DNA of 60,243 nucleotides, filler included. It is 5 parts of 5 records of this genome, joined end to end, with 100 filler letters (N's around TTAATTAATTAA, not from the genome) between each part and the next. Parts side by side here need not be neighbours in the genome. Positions count along the whole stretch, not along the records: positions 15,552 to 38,018 come from SRR31156797_5008; 4 more parts are not named here. One strand, given 5' to 3'. The notes below the pieces were generated by a model, which did not search any database, was not told the origin of the DNA, and saw nothing but the letters and a program-made list of their open reading frames with translations. Of this stretch, positions 18,237 through 28,958 are shown piece by piece. Numbering within the stretch: the first letter of the stretch is position 1; each line of letters opens with the position of its first letter. The translations under genes were made by a program, and so were the position numbers.

Positions 18237-18739
18237 AAAGTTTCTAGACCTTTTTGATCATCATACTCTAAGATATACTCTATCATCTCTCTTACTGCAC
18301 CTTTTCCACCTTTGTGCTGGCATACTACATTAACACTTTTCTTAATATATTCTACTGCATCATTGGGTGCAAATGATAAAGAGACTTTTTTTAACATTCT
18401 AAGATCATTGAGATCATCTCCTATTGCAGCAACATTATCCCAAGTCAGATTCTCTTGTTCTAAAATATCTTTTAAAACTCTATCTTTATCATCAACTCCT
18501 TGAAAGATGTAAGTCACTCCTAACTCTTTGGCCCTTTTTTCTACTAGAAGAGAATTTCTCCCTGTAATGATAGCAGCTTTTTTTCCCATCTTTTTTGTCC
18601 ATGAAGCCACTGCTAAACCATCTTTTACATCAAAAGCTTTGCTTTCCTGAAATGATTTTAATTCTTCTCCACTATTAGAATAGATGATCCCACCATCAGT
18701 TAAAGTACCATCAACATCAAGTACAATTAATTCAATCAT
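18227..18739 (-). CDS. kdsC: KDO-8-phosphate phosphatase
   Basis: LDVDGTLTDG, FDVKDG, IGDDLND, GGKGAVRE. Confidence 0.92.
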   Translation of the reverse strand: MIELIVLDVDGTLTDGGIIYSNSGEELKSFQESKAFDVKDGLAVASWTKKMGKKAAIITGRNSLLVEKRAKELGVTYIFQGVDDKDRVLKDILEQENLTWDNVAAIGDDLNDLRMLKKVSLSFAPNDAVEYIKKSVNVVCQHKGGKGAVREMIEYILEYDDQKGLETLWE

Positions 18740-19308
18740 AATACCCCTTTTGTACTTGGAATTCCTAGCTTTTGATTTTCAGCAAGCGCTCGTCTTAAAG
18801 CTACTGCAAAAGCTTTAAATGATGCTTCAACAATATGATGTTTATTTTTTCCTCGCTCTTTTATAATATGACAAGTGATCCCACAGTTACTTGCAAGGGC
18901 ATGAAAAAACTCTTCTACAAGTTCCACATCAAACTCCCCTACTTTTCCAAAAATATCACACTCATATACTAAATATGGTCTATTGCTTAAATCAAGAGCA
19001 CAAGTCACAGCTGCTTCGTCCATTACAACCGTAGCATTTCCATACCTCTCAACATTTTCTATGGGAAAGATCTCTTTTTTTAAAAGCTGTCCAATTACGA
19101 TTCCACAATCTTCTACACTATGGTGTTGATCCACATGAAGATCCCCCTCACACACTAGATCAATATCAATTCCACTATGTTTGCTCATTGCCTCTAACAT
19201 ATGATCAAAAAAACCTATTCCTGTATTAATAATAGCTTTTCCTGAACCATTTTTATCGATACTACATCGTATATTTGTCTCTTTTGTAACTCTTGCCATC
19301 TCATTCAT
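18736..19308 (-). CDS. hisB: Imidazoleglycerol-phosphate dehydratase
   Basis: TGIGFFDHML, HHSVED, NKHHIVEASFKA, PSTKGVL. Confidence 0.96.
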   Translation of the reverse strand: MNEMARVTKETNIRCSIDKNGSGKAIINTGIGFFDHMLEAMSKHSGIDIDLVCEGDLHVDQHHSVEDCGIVIGQLLKKEIFPIENVERYGNATVVMDEAAVTCALDLSNRPYLVYECDIFGKVGEFDVELVEEFFHALASNCGITCHIIKERGKNKHHIVEASFKAFAVALRRALAENQKLGIPSTKGVL

Positions 19309-19317
19309 ATTTCTTCC

Positions 19318-20136
19318 TTATTGAGCTATGATCATAGCTGTTTCAAGTCCATTATTAGCTTTAAAGTCATTTGCTTCAGCTTCACTTCTAAAACCACTTA
19401 CCCATACACGATTAATAGGTTTTCCGTTAAACTGTCCCTCTTTGATCACAACTTTGTATTTATTTTTATCTAACACCATCTCAAATTTACGTTTAGTAAT
19501 CTGCGCACCCTCATCTCTTACAAAGGCACCAACTTGAACATAATAGTTTCCAACTGTTGCAGTTTGTTGTTTCTCAGCATAGGTAGTTGCAACTTTTCCA
19601 TTAAACCCTAAAATAGTAAGCTTTACTTTTGCTGTTCCTTTTTTTACCATTTCAATATCATGAGCAGCTTTATTAGAAAGATCAATAATTCTTCCTTTTA
19701 CAAAAGGTCCTCTATCGTTGATCCTAACTACTGTAGATTTTCCATTTTCAAGATTATCTACTCTTACCATTGTGTTCATAGGTAAAGTTTTATGGGCTGC
19801 TGTTTGCCCATACATATTATAAATCTCTCCATTACTGGTTTTTTTTGCATGAAAATCTGGTCCATACCAAGATGCAATTCCACTAAAAGTATCATTTACA
19901 TGAGCTACTGTTGGATAATATTTTTTTCCAAAAACAGTATAAGGACGCATAGTTGCTCTATGCATCGCTTGGGAGTTATTTATCTTTGCATTCTTAGCAG
20001 TTTTTTGATACTGGGAACTAGAGTAAGAAGAGGAGTAATAAGTTCGATCATCACTACTACTATTAAATAGTGAAAAACATCCCGTAAAAATAAAAGGGAT
20101 TATAACTATAAAGATCTTATTGATATTTGATAACAA
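19318..20136 (-). CDS. rlpA: Septal ring lytic transglycosylase RlpA (lipoprotein, SPOR domain)
   Basis: FTGC lipobox, GIASWYG, TAAHKTLP, INDRGPF, YVQVGAF. Confidence 0.93.
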   Translation of the reverse strand: MLSNINKIFIVIIPFIFTGCFSLFNSSSDDRTYYSSSYSSSQYQKTAKNAKINNSQAMHRATMRPYTVFGKKYYPTVAHVNDTFSGIASWYGPDFHAKKTSNGEIYNMYGQTAAHKTLPMNTMVRVDNLENGKSTVVRINDRGPFVKGRIIDLSNKAAHDIEMVKKGTAKVKLTILGFNGKVATTYAEKQQTATVGNYYVQVGAFVRDEGAQITKRKFEMVLDKNKYKVVIKEGQFNGKPINRVWVSGFRSEAEANDFKANNGLETAMIIAQ

Positions 20137-21505
20137 GCTTCTCTCCAGTTTTGATCATACTTGTTTTAAGGTTATTATCTCTCATTAACTGTCGTGTATC
20201 TACTTTGTATTTTGAAGCGATCTTTCCAATAGTATCTCCCACTTGTACAATATACTCAATAGATTTATGATAAATCTTTGGATCTATTACAGGGATAATA
20301 AGCTCTTGATTGATACTGATCATATTTGATCTTAGTTTGTTATGTTTTTTAATAATATGATAATCTATTTTAAACTTTCTTCCTATACTTCCTAGAGTAT
20401 CACCACGTTGTACCCTATAACTTGCATATTTAGTAGCTTTTAGATTATCTTTATTTGCATTGTATCGTGAAAGTTTTGAGTAAGGGATATATAAAGTATA
20501 ATACTCTTCATCCATTGGTAAGATATCTCTTCTAATATGACGGTTGAGTTTTTTTAACTGATCTTTACTAATTCCAACAACCTCCGCAACATTTCGAAGT
20601 AAAATTCCACCTTTTACTTCAATACTTGCAATTGGATCTGTAATTCCTCTATTTAAAAGGTGTGTATTATCATCTTTAATTAAAAAATCACTATTGTTCA
20701 TCATAGCAAGAGAGATAATTTTTCGAATATATCCACGACTTTCATCAGGGATATATTGTCTAGAAACAACCTTTTGAACCACTAAAAGCTTATCAATATC
20801 AGGTTGATACTTCCACTTTTTTACCTTTTTATAAACTTTATTAAGCTCTCTAAACTTGATCCATCTTTTTTGATATCCATGGATAATTCTTCGATACTCA
20901 TTAATCCGTGGCTCTTTTCTACACTGTTGATATCCAACATCTTCACAGTACATATCTATAGTAGCTCTTGTTAACCCCTCTATAACTCTCCCTTGTCCAC
21001 AGTTATAAGCAATTGCTGCTAGATACCATTTACCAAACATTCCATGAAGTTTTTTAAGATATTTAACTGCTGCTTCAGTAGACTTTACAATATCCATCCG
21101 TTCATCGATATATTCATTAGTCTCTAGACCATAAACATTTGCAGTTCCTCTCATAAACTGCCACATTCCAGTAGCACTTACATGAGATTTTGCATCAAGG
21201 ATAAAATTTGATTCTGCCATTACTAGATATAAAAAAGCTGATGGGATACCATTTTCTCTTAAAACTTTTTTAATTTTTGGAACGAAAAGATATGCATCAT
21301 TAAGTTTTTCTGTATATCTTTCTTGGGTATGACGAAGGGTTCTTTGAAACTGTTTTTGGAGTTCGTAGTCTGTTATATATTCTGAGCCGATATCAAGTTC
21401 TTCTAAAACTTTTAAATCACTACTTACAAAAGAAGTGCTCACCAGTGTTGCATGTGCATTTATTAAAAACAGATAAATTGTAAATATACTAAATAAAATC
21501 TTCAA
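20117..21505 (-). CDS. MltD-like lytic transglycosylase with LysM domains
   Basis: MAESNF, ATGMWQFM, AYNCG, two LysM (YRVQRGDTL, YIVQVGDTI). Confidence 0.9.
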   Translation of the reverse strand: MKILFSIFTIYLFLINAHATLVSTSFVSSDLKVLEELDIGSEYITDYELQKQFQRTLRHTQERYTEKLNDAYLFVPKIKKVLRENGIPSAFLYLVMAESNFILDAKSHVSATGMWQFMRGTANVYGLETNEYIDERMDIVKSTEAAVKYLKKLHGMFGKWYLAAIAYNCGQGRVIEGLTRATIDMYCEDVGYQQCRKEPRINEYRRIIHGYQKRWIKFRELNKVYKKVKKWKYQPDIDKLLVVQKVVSRQYIPDESRGYIRKIISLAMMNNSDFLIKDDNTHLLNRGITDPIASIEVKGGILLRNVAEVVGISKDQLKKLNRHIRRDILPMDEEYYTLYIPYSKLSRYNANKDNLKATKYASYRVQRGDTLGSIGRKFKIDYHIIKKHNKLRSNMISINQELIIPVIDPKIYHKSIEYIVQVGDTIGKIASKYKVDTRQLMRDNNLKTSMIKTGEKLVIKYQ

Positions 21506-21549
21506 TAGAATAAACCTTTTTGATAAAATAAGGTATATTTTACCAAAAT

Positions 21550-22335
21550 TTATCTATCGAAACCTTTAAATAAGCTTTTAGCATTGGCTGTAGTAAGATT
21601 TTCCAGCTCTTTTTGATCCATTTGAAGTAATTCTGACATTTTTTGAGTCACTAAAGTTGTATAATGGGGCTCATTTCTTGTTCCTCTATGAGGATGAGGG
21701 GTAAGATAAGGACCATCAGTCTCAATAAGTAGCTTTTCTTTTGGTATTTTTGGTAAAACTTCTACTAGCTTTTTTGCATTTTTAAAAGTAAGAACTCCAC
21801 CAATTCCAAAGTAAAAATTATGTTCACTTAAAGGAAGAAGATGTTCACTTGCATTAAAACAGTGTAAAACGCCACCTACTTCTTTAGCATTGTTTTCTAT
21901 AAGAATAGTTCGACTATCATCACTTGCTTCTCGAATATGTACAATAAGAGGTTTTTTCACCTCTTTTGCAAACTCAATTTGAGCTTTGAAAATCTCTTTT
22001 TGTTGTTGTATATTATGTTCTTTCTCTTGAGCATCTTCTGGTAATCTATAATAATCAAGTCCACATTCACCAACTGCGATACATTTAGGATGATCCACAT
22101 ACTTTTTTAAAACTTCTAGATCAAAATCTTCCATATCATAAGGATGAACTCCTACAGCAAAAAACACATCATCATATTTTTCACTTAAAAGTACTGCTTT
22201 AGGAAGTTCTTTGGGATCAGCTCCAGGGATTAAAAAAGCTTCAATCCCACTTTCACGAGCCCTAAGTATAACTTCATCAATATCGTCTTGATATTGAATA
22301 TTATCTAAATGACAATGGGTATCAATGATAGACAT
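21550..22335 (-). CDS. tatD: TatD family hydrolase
   Basis: IDTHCHL, GVHP, GECGLDY, ETDGPYLTP. Confidence 0.93.
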   Translation of the reverse strand: MSIIDTHCHLDNIQYQDDIDEVILRARESGIEAFLIPGADPKELPKAVLLSEKYDDVFFAVGVHPYDMEDFDLEVLKKYVDHPKCIAVGECGLDYYRLPEDAQEKEHNIQQQKEIFKAQIEFAKEVKKPLIVHIREASDDSRTILIENNAKEVGGVLHCFNASEHLLPLSEHNFYFGIGGVLTFKNAKKLVEVLPKIPKEKLLIETDGPYLTPHPHRGTRNEPHYTTLVTQKMSELLQMDQKELENLTTANAKSLFKGFDR

Positions 22336-22337
22336 AC

Positions 22338-22631
22338 TTACGCTGCTTCTCGCCTTTGTACTTCATCTAAAAGCTCACTCAGTTTTCCAACATCATCTCT
22401 TTTGATCCATGCTGTGATACCAAAGTTTTTAAAAGCATCATAATCACTTGGATCATCAATGATAGCAATTGATGTGAACTTATCTTTACAGATATCATGT
22501 TTTTTTTCTTCATAATCAAAGATACTATTAATGTCTAAGATCACAACATCTGCATCTCCATCACATCCACTATGGATGAAACATATCTCATAACCTTGTG
22601 CTTCCACATCTTCAAAACTTGCAATTTTCAT
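22338..22631 (-). CDS. Hypothetical protein (possibly degenerate receiver-like fold)
   Basis: 97-aa ORF with RBS; DVVILDI and FGITAWIK segments. Confidence 0.65.
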   Translation of the reverse strand: MKIASFEDVEAQGYEICFIHSGCDGDADVVILDINSIFDYEEKKHDICKDKFTSIAIIDDPSDYDAFKNFGITAWIKRDDVGKLSELLDEVQRREAA

Positions 22632-22688
22632 TACTTTTTCTCCACAATTGTCTTATTCAAAAATTTTAACTAAACCAATCTTATTTCA

Positions 22689-24017
22689 TTATAAAATATA
22701 TCGTGCACTATCTTCATTAGATGCTAAATCTTCTAACTTCTCATGCACTAACTCTTTTGTTACAGTGATAATCTCTCCACTATGTTCATCAGCAGTAAAA
22801 CTAATCTCATCTAAGACTTTTTCTATAACTGTGTGAAGACGCCTTGCTCCTATATCTTCTGCCTTTTCATTAGCACTCACACTTAATTTTGCAAAAGCTT
22901 TAATTGCTTCATCTTCAAACTCTAAACTCACCCCCTCAACTCCTAAAAGTGCTTTATACTGTTTAAGAAGTGAGTTTTTTGTATTTGTTAAAATTTTATA
23001 TAAAGCCTCTTCATCCAAAGGATTTAGCTCAACTCTTAAAGGAAATCTTCCTTGAAGCTCAGGTAAAAGATCACTTGGTTTACTTACATGAAATGCCCCA
23101 GCAGCTATAAATAAGATATGATCTGTTTTTACTTGACCATATTTAGTATGTACTGAACTTCCCTCAACAATTGGAAGAAGATCTCTTTGAACTCCCTCTT
23201 TTGAAGGATCAGAGTTTTTATTATTTGCTCCTGTTGCAATTTTATCAATCTCATCTAAAAAAATGATTCCTCCATTTTCACATCTATTGATTGCTTCATT
23301 TTGTAGAGCTTCTTTATCAAGAAGGTTATCACTTGCTACACTTCGTAGAAGTTTTTTTGCTTCTTTGATCGTTACTTCTTTTTGAATCTTCTCTTTACCC
23401 ATTTTCCCAAGCATATTGTTGATACTATCACTAATTGAGCTCATATCCATAGGAAGATTACTATCTACAATCTCCACATGGGTTTTTTTAGGAAGCTCTA
23501 TCGTGATTTTTTTATCATCAATTTCACCACTTACTACTTTTGCTTCCATCATATTATATGTTTTGATAAAAGATTCTTTTGCATTTTCACTAGCACTCTC
23601 AGGAAGTGGTGGCACTAAGATCTCAACAATCTTTTTTATCACCTCATCATCTATTGAGCCTTTAATTTGCTCTTCATACTCTCTTGTTACAAGATTTACG
23701 GCTTCATGAGCTAGATCTTTTACCATAGATTCCACTTCTCTTCCCACATACCCTACTTCAGTATATTTACTGGCTTCAACTTTGATAAAAGGAAGATTCA
23801 TCATCTTTGCCATTCGTCTAGCAATCTCAGTTTTCCCTACTCCAGTACTTCCTATCATAAGGATATTTTTAGGCATAATCTCTTCTTGCATTTCAGTTTC
23901 TAATTGCATTCTTCTATATCTATTTCTAAGAGCAATGGCGATTGTTTTTTTTGCTTCTGTTTGTCCAATGATATAATCATCAAGATACTCAACGATTTGT
24001 TTTGGAGTCATATCCAT
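22689..24017 (-). CDS. hslU: ATP-dependent protease ATPase subunit HslU
   Basis: GSTGVGKTEIARR, GYVG, DEIDKI, PELQGRFP. Confidence 0.97.
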   Translation of the reverse strand: MDMTPKQIVEYLDDYIIGQTEAKKTIAIALRNRYRRMQLETEMQEEIMPKNILMIGSTGVGKTEIARRMAKMMNLPFIKVEASKYTEVGYVGREVESMVKDLAHEAVNLVTREYEEQIKGSIDDEVIKKIVEILVPPLPESASENAKESFIKTYNMMEAKVVSGEIDDKKITIELPKKTHVEIVDSNLPMDMSSISDSINNMLGKMGKEKIQKEVTIKEAKKLLRSVASDNLLDKEALQNEAINRCENGGIIFLDEIDKIATGANNKNSDPSKEGVQRDLLPIVEGSSVHTKYGQVKTDHILFIAAGAFHVSKPSDLLPELQGRFPLRVELNPLDEEALYKILTNTKNSLLKQYKALLGVEGVSLEFEDEAIKAFAKLSVSANEKAEDIGARRLHTVIEKVLDEISFTADEHSGEIITVTKELVHEKLEDLASNEDSARYIL

Positions 24018-24565
24018 TATTTTTCTTCCTCACCTAGTTTTAATATTTTAATATTTTGATTTGTATAGATACATAGCTCACCTGCAATCATCAGCGACTC
24101 ACGTACAAGCTCTTCAGGAGCAAGCTGTGAGTGTTTTTTCAAGCTTCTTGCCGCTGCGATTGCAAAGTTTCCACCACTTCCAATAGAAGCAAGACATCCA
24201 TCTTCAGGCTCAACCACATCTCCTGTTCCACTTAAGATAAAGATATGATTTTCATTTAATACTAACATCATCGCTTCAAGACGTCTAAGCGTTTTATCTT
24301 TTCTCCACTCTTTTGAAAAGTTGATCACTGATTTTAAAAGATCACCTTTTGTAGTTTCAAGATGCGCTTCAAACATATCAAAAAGATTAAATGCATCAGC
24401 CGTACTTCCTGCAAACCCTGCTAATACTTTCCCATTATAAAGTGTTCGTATCTTTGTAGCATTGTTTTTTAATACAGTATCACCAAAGGTAACTTGACCG
24501 TCACCTCCTATGACTGCTTTTCCATCTTCACTTTTATATGCAAGTATCGTGGTCGCTTCAAACAT
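24017..24565 (-). CDS. hslV: ATP-dependent protease subunit HslV
   Basis: [25 protein letters not shown]. Confidence 0.97.
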   Translation of the reverse strand: MFEATTILAYKSEDGKAVIGGDGQVTFGDTVLKNNATKIRTLYNGKVLAGFAGSTADAFNLFDMFEAHLETTKGDLLKSVINFSKEWRKDKTLRRLEAMMLVLNENHIFILSGTGDVVEPEDGCLASIGSGGNFAIAAARSLKKHSQLAPEELVRESLMIAGELCIYTNQNIKILKLGEEEK

Positions 24566-25014
24566 TATTTTTCCTCAATAACATCTATTGTTGCAATAGC
24601 ATGGATCCCATTTCCAAGTTTACAATCAGCTTTATAGATACCAATTGTTTTAATTTTATTATCTAATGTAATCTGTTTTTTATCAATACCAATTTCCGCT
24701 TGATCATACATAGCTTGTTGAATCTCTTTATTTGTTACACTTCCTATTAAGTGCCCATTTGCCCCAACTTTATGTTTAATAGTAAATTTAAAACTATCAA
24801 TTTTCTCTTTTACTTCTTTTGCTTCTTTGATCTCATCTTCTAATGCTTGTTGGATCTTTTCTTGCTCTATTGCCCACTCTTCTAATACTTCAGGTGTTGC
24901 ATGTTTTGCAAACCCTTTTGCAATTAAAAAGTTTTTTCCATAACCATCTTTTACTTCTTTTACTTCTCCAGTTTTCCCTAGAGATTTTACATCTTTTATT
25001 AATAATACTTTCAT
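24565..25014 (-). CDS. rplI: 50S ribosomal protein L9
   Basis: [30 protein letters not shown]. Confidence 0.97.
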   Translation of the reverse strand: MKVLLIKDVKSLGKTGEVKEVKDGYGKNFLIAKGFAKHATPEVLEEWAIEQEKIQQALEDEIKEAKEVKEKIDSFKFTIKHKVGANGHLIGSVTNKEIQQAMYDQAEIGIDKKQITLDNKIKTIGIYKADCKLGNGIHAIATIDVIEEK

Positions 25015-25105
25015 AATTTACCTATCCTCTATATATTAAATTTCATTTATCAATATGAGTTGAAAAGTGCCTATTATAACATACTGAACTTTAGTTATTA
25101 TGTAA

Positions 25106-25867
25106 TTAGATAACTAATTTTTTTAATAATGTTTCCACCTGTTCTATCTTGATTGGTTTTATTAGCCAGGCTTTGGCCTTGATAAGCTGACCAATATGTT
25201 TCATTTTAGTATCCATAAGATCTACAAGCATTACTACAGGAATATGATCATATAAAATATCATTTTTTACATCTTGGACAAAATTTGCACAAGCTTCACA
25301 AGTTCCCGTAACATCTGCAAAGATAATATCTATCTCTTGTTCGTGTAGTTTTTTTAACGCATCTACTCCATTATCGGTAATATATACATCATGTCCAAGT
25401 TCTGCAGCTATCATTTTGATCTTATATCTATTGATACTTGAGCTTTCAACTACTAAGATAGTTTTTTTATTTAAAAGCTCTGGCTGTTTTAAATATTTTT
25501 CTAGTTCATTTTTTAGATATATAGCTAAATCTTGAGCCGCTATATCATCATATATACCATCTACAGTATTATTAATTGAGATGTTTAAAAAATCTTCTAA
25601 CTCAAAATATAAAGAGACAAGTTTTTCATTAGGATTTACTTTCCCATGCCGAATCTCATCTAATAGATCTTCTGCTTTGTGAGTGATCTCTACAACATCA
25701 AACATCCCTAAAAGATCAGCAGAACCCTTAATTGTATGAATAGATCTAAATATATCATTGATGATCTCTTTATTAGAGTAATCTTCTTGAAGATCCACTA
25801 ACGCATTATGAAGTGCTGTTAGCTTATTTAAAAACTCATCATAAAATATATTTTGACTTACTTCCAT
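25106..25867 (-). CDS. Hpt (CheA P1-like) + receiver domain protein
   Basis: IFRSIHTIKGSA; C-terminal TILVVE..IIFADV..WLIKP. Confidence 0.85.
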   Translation of the reverse strand: MEVSQNIFYDEFLNKLTALHNALVDLQEDYSNKEIINDIFRSIHTIKGSADLLGMFDVVEITHKAEDLLDEIRHGKVNPNEKLVSLYFELEDFLNISINNTVDGIYDDIAAQDLAIYLKNELEKYLKQPELLNKKTILVVESSSINRYKIKMIAAELGHDVYITDNGVDALKKLHEQEIDIIFADVTGTCEACANFVQDVKNDILYDHIPVVMLVDLMDTKMKHIGQLIKAKAWLIKPIKIEQVETLLKKLVI

Positions 25868-25925
25868 ATCTTCACCATAATTTAACTATTTGCTGGCTAT
25901 TATACACTCAAAAGGATTAAATAAA

Positions 25926-26132
25926 ATGAAGATGATAAAAATAATTAATGAGAGAATTGATGAACTTCATAATGAAGTAAGTTATATAGTAGAGAATCAA
26001 AAGTTAAATCTTACAGAAAAAAATAAAATAATGCAGCCTTTAGTGGAGGAGAAAAAAGTCTTAGAACATACATTAGTTTATTTAGAAAAAATACAAAATA
26101 CTGATTATAAAGGACAATGCGGAGGAAATTAG
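25926..26132 (+). CDS. Small hypothetical protein
   Basis: ATG after AAGGA; coiled-coil character. Confidence 0.55.
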   Translation: MKMIKIINERIDELHNEVSYIVENQKLNLTEKNKIMQPLVEEKKVLEHTLVYLEKIQNTDYKGQCGGN

Positions 26133-26234
26133 TTTTATTTAAGCTAGAAAAGAGTTTTGTTTTACTATAATTCGCTTCCAATTTGTAAAAATAGATTTAC
26201 ACTTTGAGAAAATATACCAATCAGGAGGTCCAAA

Positions 26235-26507
26235 ATGGCTTTAGATCAGGACATAAAACAAGAGATTATCTCTAAACACCAAAGAGATGGAAAAGACACA
26301 GGTTCAGCGGAAGTACAAATTGCTTTATTAAGTGCAAAAATTGCAAGACTTACAGAGCATTTAAAAACAAATCATAAAGATCATCATTCAAGATTAGGTC
26401 TTCTTAAAATGGTAGGAAAAAGAAAAAGACTTCTTAACTACTTAAAAGGGAAAGATTTTACTAAGTTTACACAACTTATTGCTGATTTAGGAATCAGAGC
26501 AAAATAA
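26235..26507 (+). CDS. rpsO: 30S ribosomal protein S15
   Basis: [32 protein letters not shown]. Confidence 0.97.
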   Translation: MALDQDIKQEIISKHQRDGKDTGSAEVQIALLSAKIARLTEHLKTNHKDHHSRLGLLKMVGKRKRLLNYLKGKDFTKFTQLIADLGIRAK

Positions 26508-26515
26508 TCCTATTC

Positions 26516-26540
26516 AAAAAGGGCAATTTTTGTCCTTTTT
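26516..26540 (+). terminator. Rho-independent terminator of rpsO
   Basis: AAAAAGGGCA-ATTTT-TGTCCTTTTT. Confidence 0.75.
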
Positions 26541-26647
26541 CTTAAAATAACTTTACAATTTTAAATCAAATCAACTGAACAGACTCTTATTTAAAACACT
26601 TTAACTACAATTATACAAATTTTCAAACAAACCTTTAGGATAAACAA

Positions 26648-27046
26648 TTGTTATTAACAAAAAAAAGTGAATATGCTCTTCTTTCTTTAGTAAGTATTGC
26701 TAAAAGTGATGAACCAAAGAATGTAGAAGTCTTAGCCAATGAGTTAGGAATATCTAAATCTTTTTTAGCAAAAATATTACAAAACCTTGCAAAACAAGGG
26801 ATACTCAATTCCTATAAAGGAAACAATGGTGGATTTACACTAAAGAAGAATTGTGATGAGTTAACGATTTTAGAGATAACAACTATTGCTGAAGAGAAAA
26901 CCCCATCAGTTTTTGAATGTACTTCAGATAATGGAACCTGTTCTTCAAGTTTCAATGGATCTTGTACTGTCTTTCCTCTTTTAGCAAATCTTCAAAATAA
27001 AATAAGTGGTTTTTTAGACAATCTTACTCTCAAAGATATTATATAA
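26648..27046 (+). CDS. Rrf2 family transcriptional regulator
   Basis: SEYAL, FLAKILQ, G.NGGF, three Cys (ECT..C..C). Confidence 0.9.
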   Translation: MLLTKKSEYALLSLVSIAKSDEPKNVEVLANELGISKSFLAKILQNLAKQGILNSYKGNNGGFTLKKNCDELTILEITTIAEEKTPSVFECTSDNGTCSSSFNGSCTVFPLLANLQNKISGFLDNLTLKDII

Positions 27047-27158
27047 TTTCCTAAAAACTGTATATAAACTATTCAATACAAGTAATCTATAATATTTAAA
27101 ACTGTATAATCCCCAAATAATTAAATATTCACAAATTTTTCACAGAGGATAAAGTCTT

Positions 27159-28211
27159 ATGAAGTTTTTTCACATCTCCCATACTGATATGGATGGGTAT
27201 ACTTGTCAACTTATCTCAAAAAAAGTTTTCCCTGATGGATTTTTTTTAAATGCCAATTATGGATTAGAGGTAAAGCTTTATATTAAAGAAGTACTCAATA
27301 AAATCAAAGAGTGTACAAAAGAGGATAAGATACTTTTTTTAATCACTGATCTTAATCTTACGACAGAAGAATCAAAAAGTCTTAATAATGATATCAATCA
27401 GCTTAATAGCGATGGGTTTAATATCACCTTGCAACTTTTAGATCATCATGCAACTGGAAGTAAAAGTGCTAAACGATATGAGTGGTATCATCTTGATACA
27501 TCAAGGAGTGCTACAAAGATCACCTATGAGTATTTTAAAGAGCATTATAATGAGATACTTGAACCACTTTGTCAAAAGAACTTTGATAAGCTAATCCAAG
27601 CGGTAAATGCAGCTGATATTTGGCTGGAAAATGATCCATTATTTGAGTATGGAAAAGTTTGTATGAGTATGGTTTCAAAATCAAATGAGGTCAATAATAC
27701 AATTTTCCCAAATGACCATCGTGCTTATAAACACTATCTTCTTACTCGTGCACTAGAGTTTATTGATCAAAAAGATGGACATATCATGCTTGATGAAAAA
27801 GTCTATTTTAATAAAAAAACATTTTTAAATCATACTGATAAAAATAACACTATGGATAATTTGATCTCTGATAATCTTGTAAAACTTTTAGATACAAAAA
27901 AAGAAGAACTTACCGTTACATATAAAAACTATCGTGGTCTTTTAACATATGCTTTAGGAAATATCTCCATCTCAGCCAATGGATTTTTAAGAGCCAACCC
28001 AGAGTATGATTTTTTTATGGATGTAGGAAAACGTGGAAGAGTTGGTTTTCGATCAAATAACAAACTAGACGTATCAATCTTAGCACAAAAACTCGCTGGC
28101 GGAGGGGGACATCCAAATGCAAGTGGGGCTAGTTTTGATGATTTTAAAGAGACTCCTTTATATGAAGAGGTGAAAAAATTTATTCAAGATAAACTAGATA
28201 GGTGTGAATAA
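27159..28211 (+). CDS. DHH family phosphoesterase
   Basis: SHTDMDG, ITD, LDHH, GGGHPNASG. Confidence 0.9.
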   Translation: MKFFHISHTDMDGYTCQLISKKVFPDGFFLNANYGLEVKLYIKEVLNKIKECTKEDKILFLITDLNLTTEESKSLNNDINQLNSDGFNITLQLLDHHATGSKSAKRYEWYHLDTSRSATKITYEYFKEHYNEILEPLCQKNFDKLIQAVNAADIWLENDPLFEYGKVCMSMVSKSNEVNNTIFPNDHRAYKHYLLTRALEFIDQKDGHIMLDEKVYFNKKTFLNHTDKNNTMDNLISDNLVKLLDTKKEELTVTYKNYRGLLTYALGNISISANGFLRANPEYDFFMDVGKRGRVGFRSNNKLDVSILAQKLAGGGGHPNASGASFDDFKETPLYEEVKKFIQDKLDRCE

Positions 28212-28214
28212 CAA

Positions 28215-28958
28215 ATGAACTTTATAGCAAAATCTGAAGCATCAAAAAAACTTCTTAATATCGCGCAAATGTCAAGCACACTTCCTGTCAATATTTTAAT
28301 TATTGGTGAAAAAGGTGTTGGGAAAACTATCTTAGCACAAACTATTTTGCCAGAAGCTATTATCTTTGATGCTAAAGTGCTTGAAGAAGCGATCATCAAT
28401 AAAAGTGCAGACCTTGATCAATATAATGAACTTATTATCACAAATATAGATAATGTATTAAATAAGATCGAATTTTTAGATAATCTTGTCAATATAAAGA
28501 TAGTAGCAACTTCTACTTTTTTACCAAGTGAGATTGAGACAAACTTTGCAATAAAGATGGATATTCCACCTTTATCAAAACGACCTGAGGATCTTGAAGA
28601 GCTTACAAAATATTATGTAAAAGAAGCAAATAATATTTATGAGACAAATATGAAATCTTCAAATCTAGATATTGATCTTACAAACAATGGTATAACTCTC
28701 AAACAATCTATCTTTAAAAACACCTTTTTAAAATCTATGAATGATAAAGATATGATGAATGCTATCGAAGAGTTTGTAATAAAAAAGCTTAAAAATGGAG
28801 AAGGGTACAAAGATCTCTTAGAGTATTTTGAAAGACCCCTTTTAAAAGCTGCAAAAAAAGAGTATAGGTCTCAACTTCAAATGGCAAATAAGCTTCACAT
28901 AAATAGAATCACCCTACGAAAAAAACTTGATATGTATAATATTGATGAGGAGAAATAA
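28215..28958 (+). CDS. Truncated NtrC/Fis-type regulator (degenerate AAA+ plus HTH)
   Basis: Walker A GEKGVGKT, IPPLSKRPED, HTH LHINRITLRKKL; no GAFTGA, no receiver domain. Confidence 0.8.
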   Translation: MNFIAKSEASKKLLNIAQMSSTLPVNILIIGEKGVGKTILAQTILPEAIIFDAKVLEEAIINKSADLDQYNELIITNIDNVLNKIEFLDNLVNIKIVATSTFLPSEIETNFAIKMDIPPLSKRPEDLEELTKYYVKEANNIYETNMKSSNLDIDLTNNGITLKQSIFKNTFLKSMNDKDMMNAIEEFVIKKLKNGEGYKDLLEYFERPLLKAAKKEYRSQLQMANKLHINRITLRKKLDMYNIDEEK

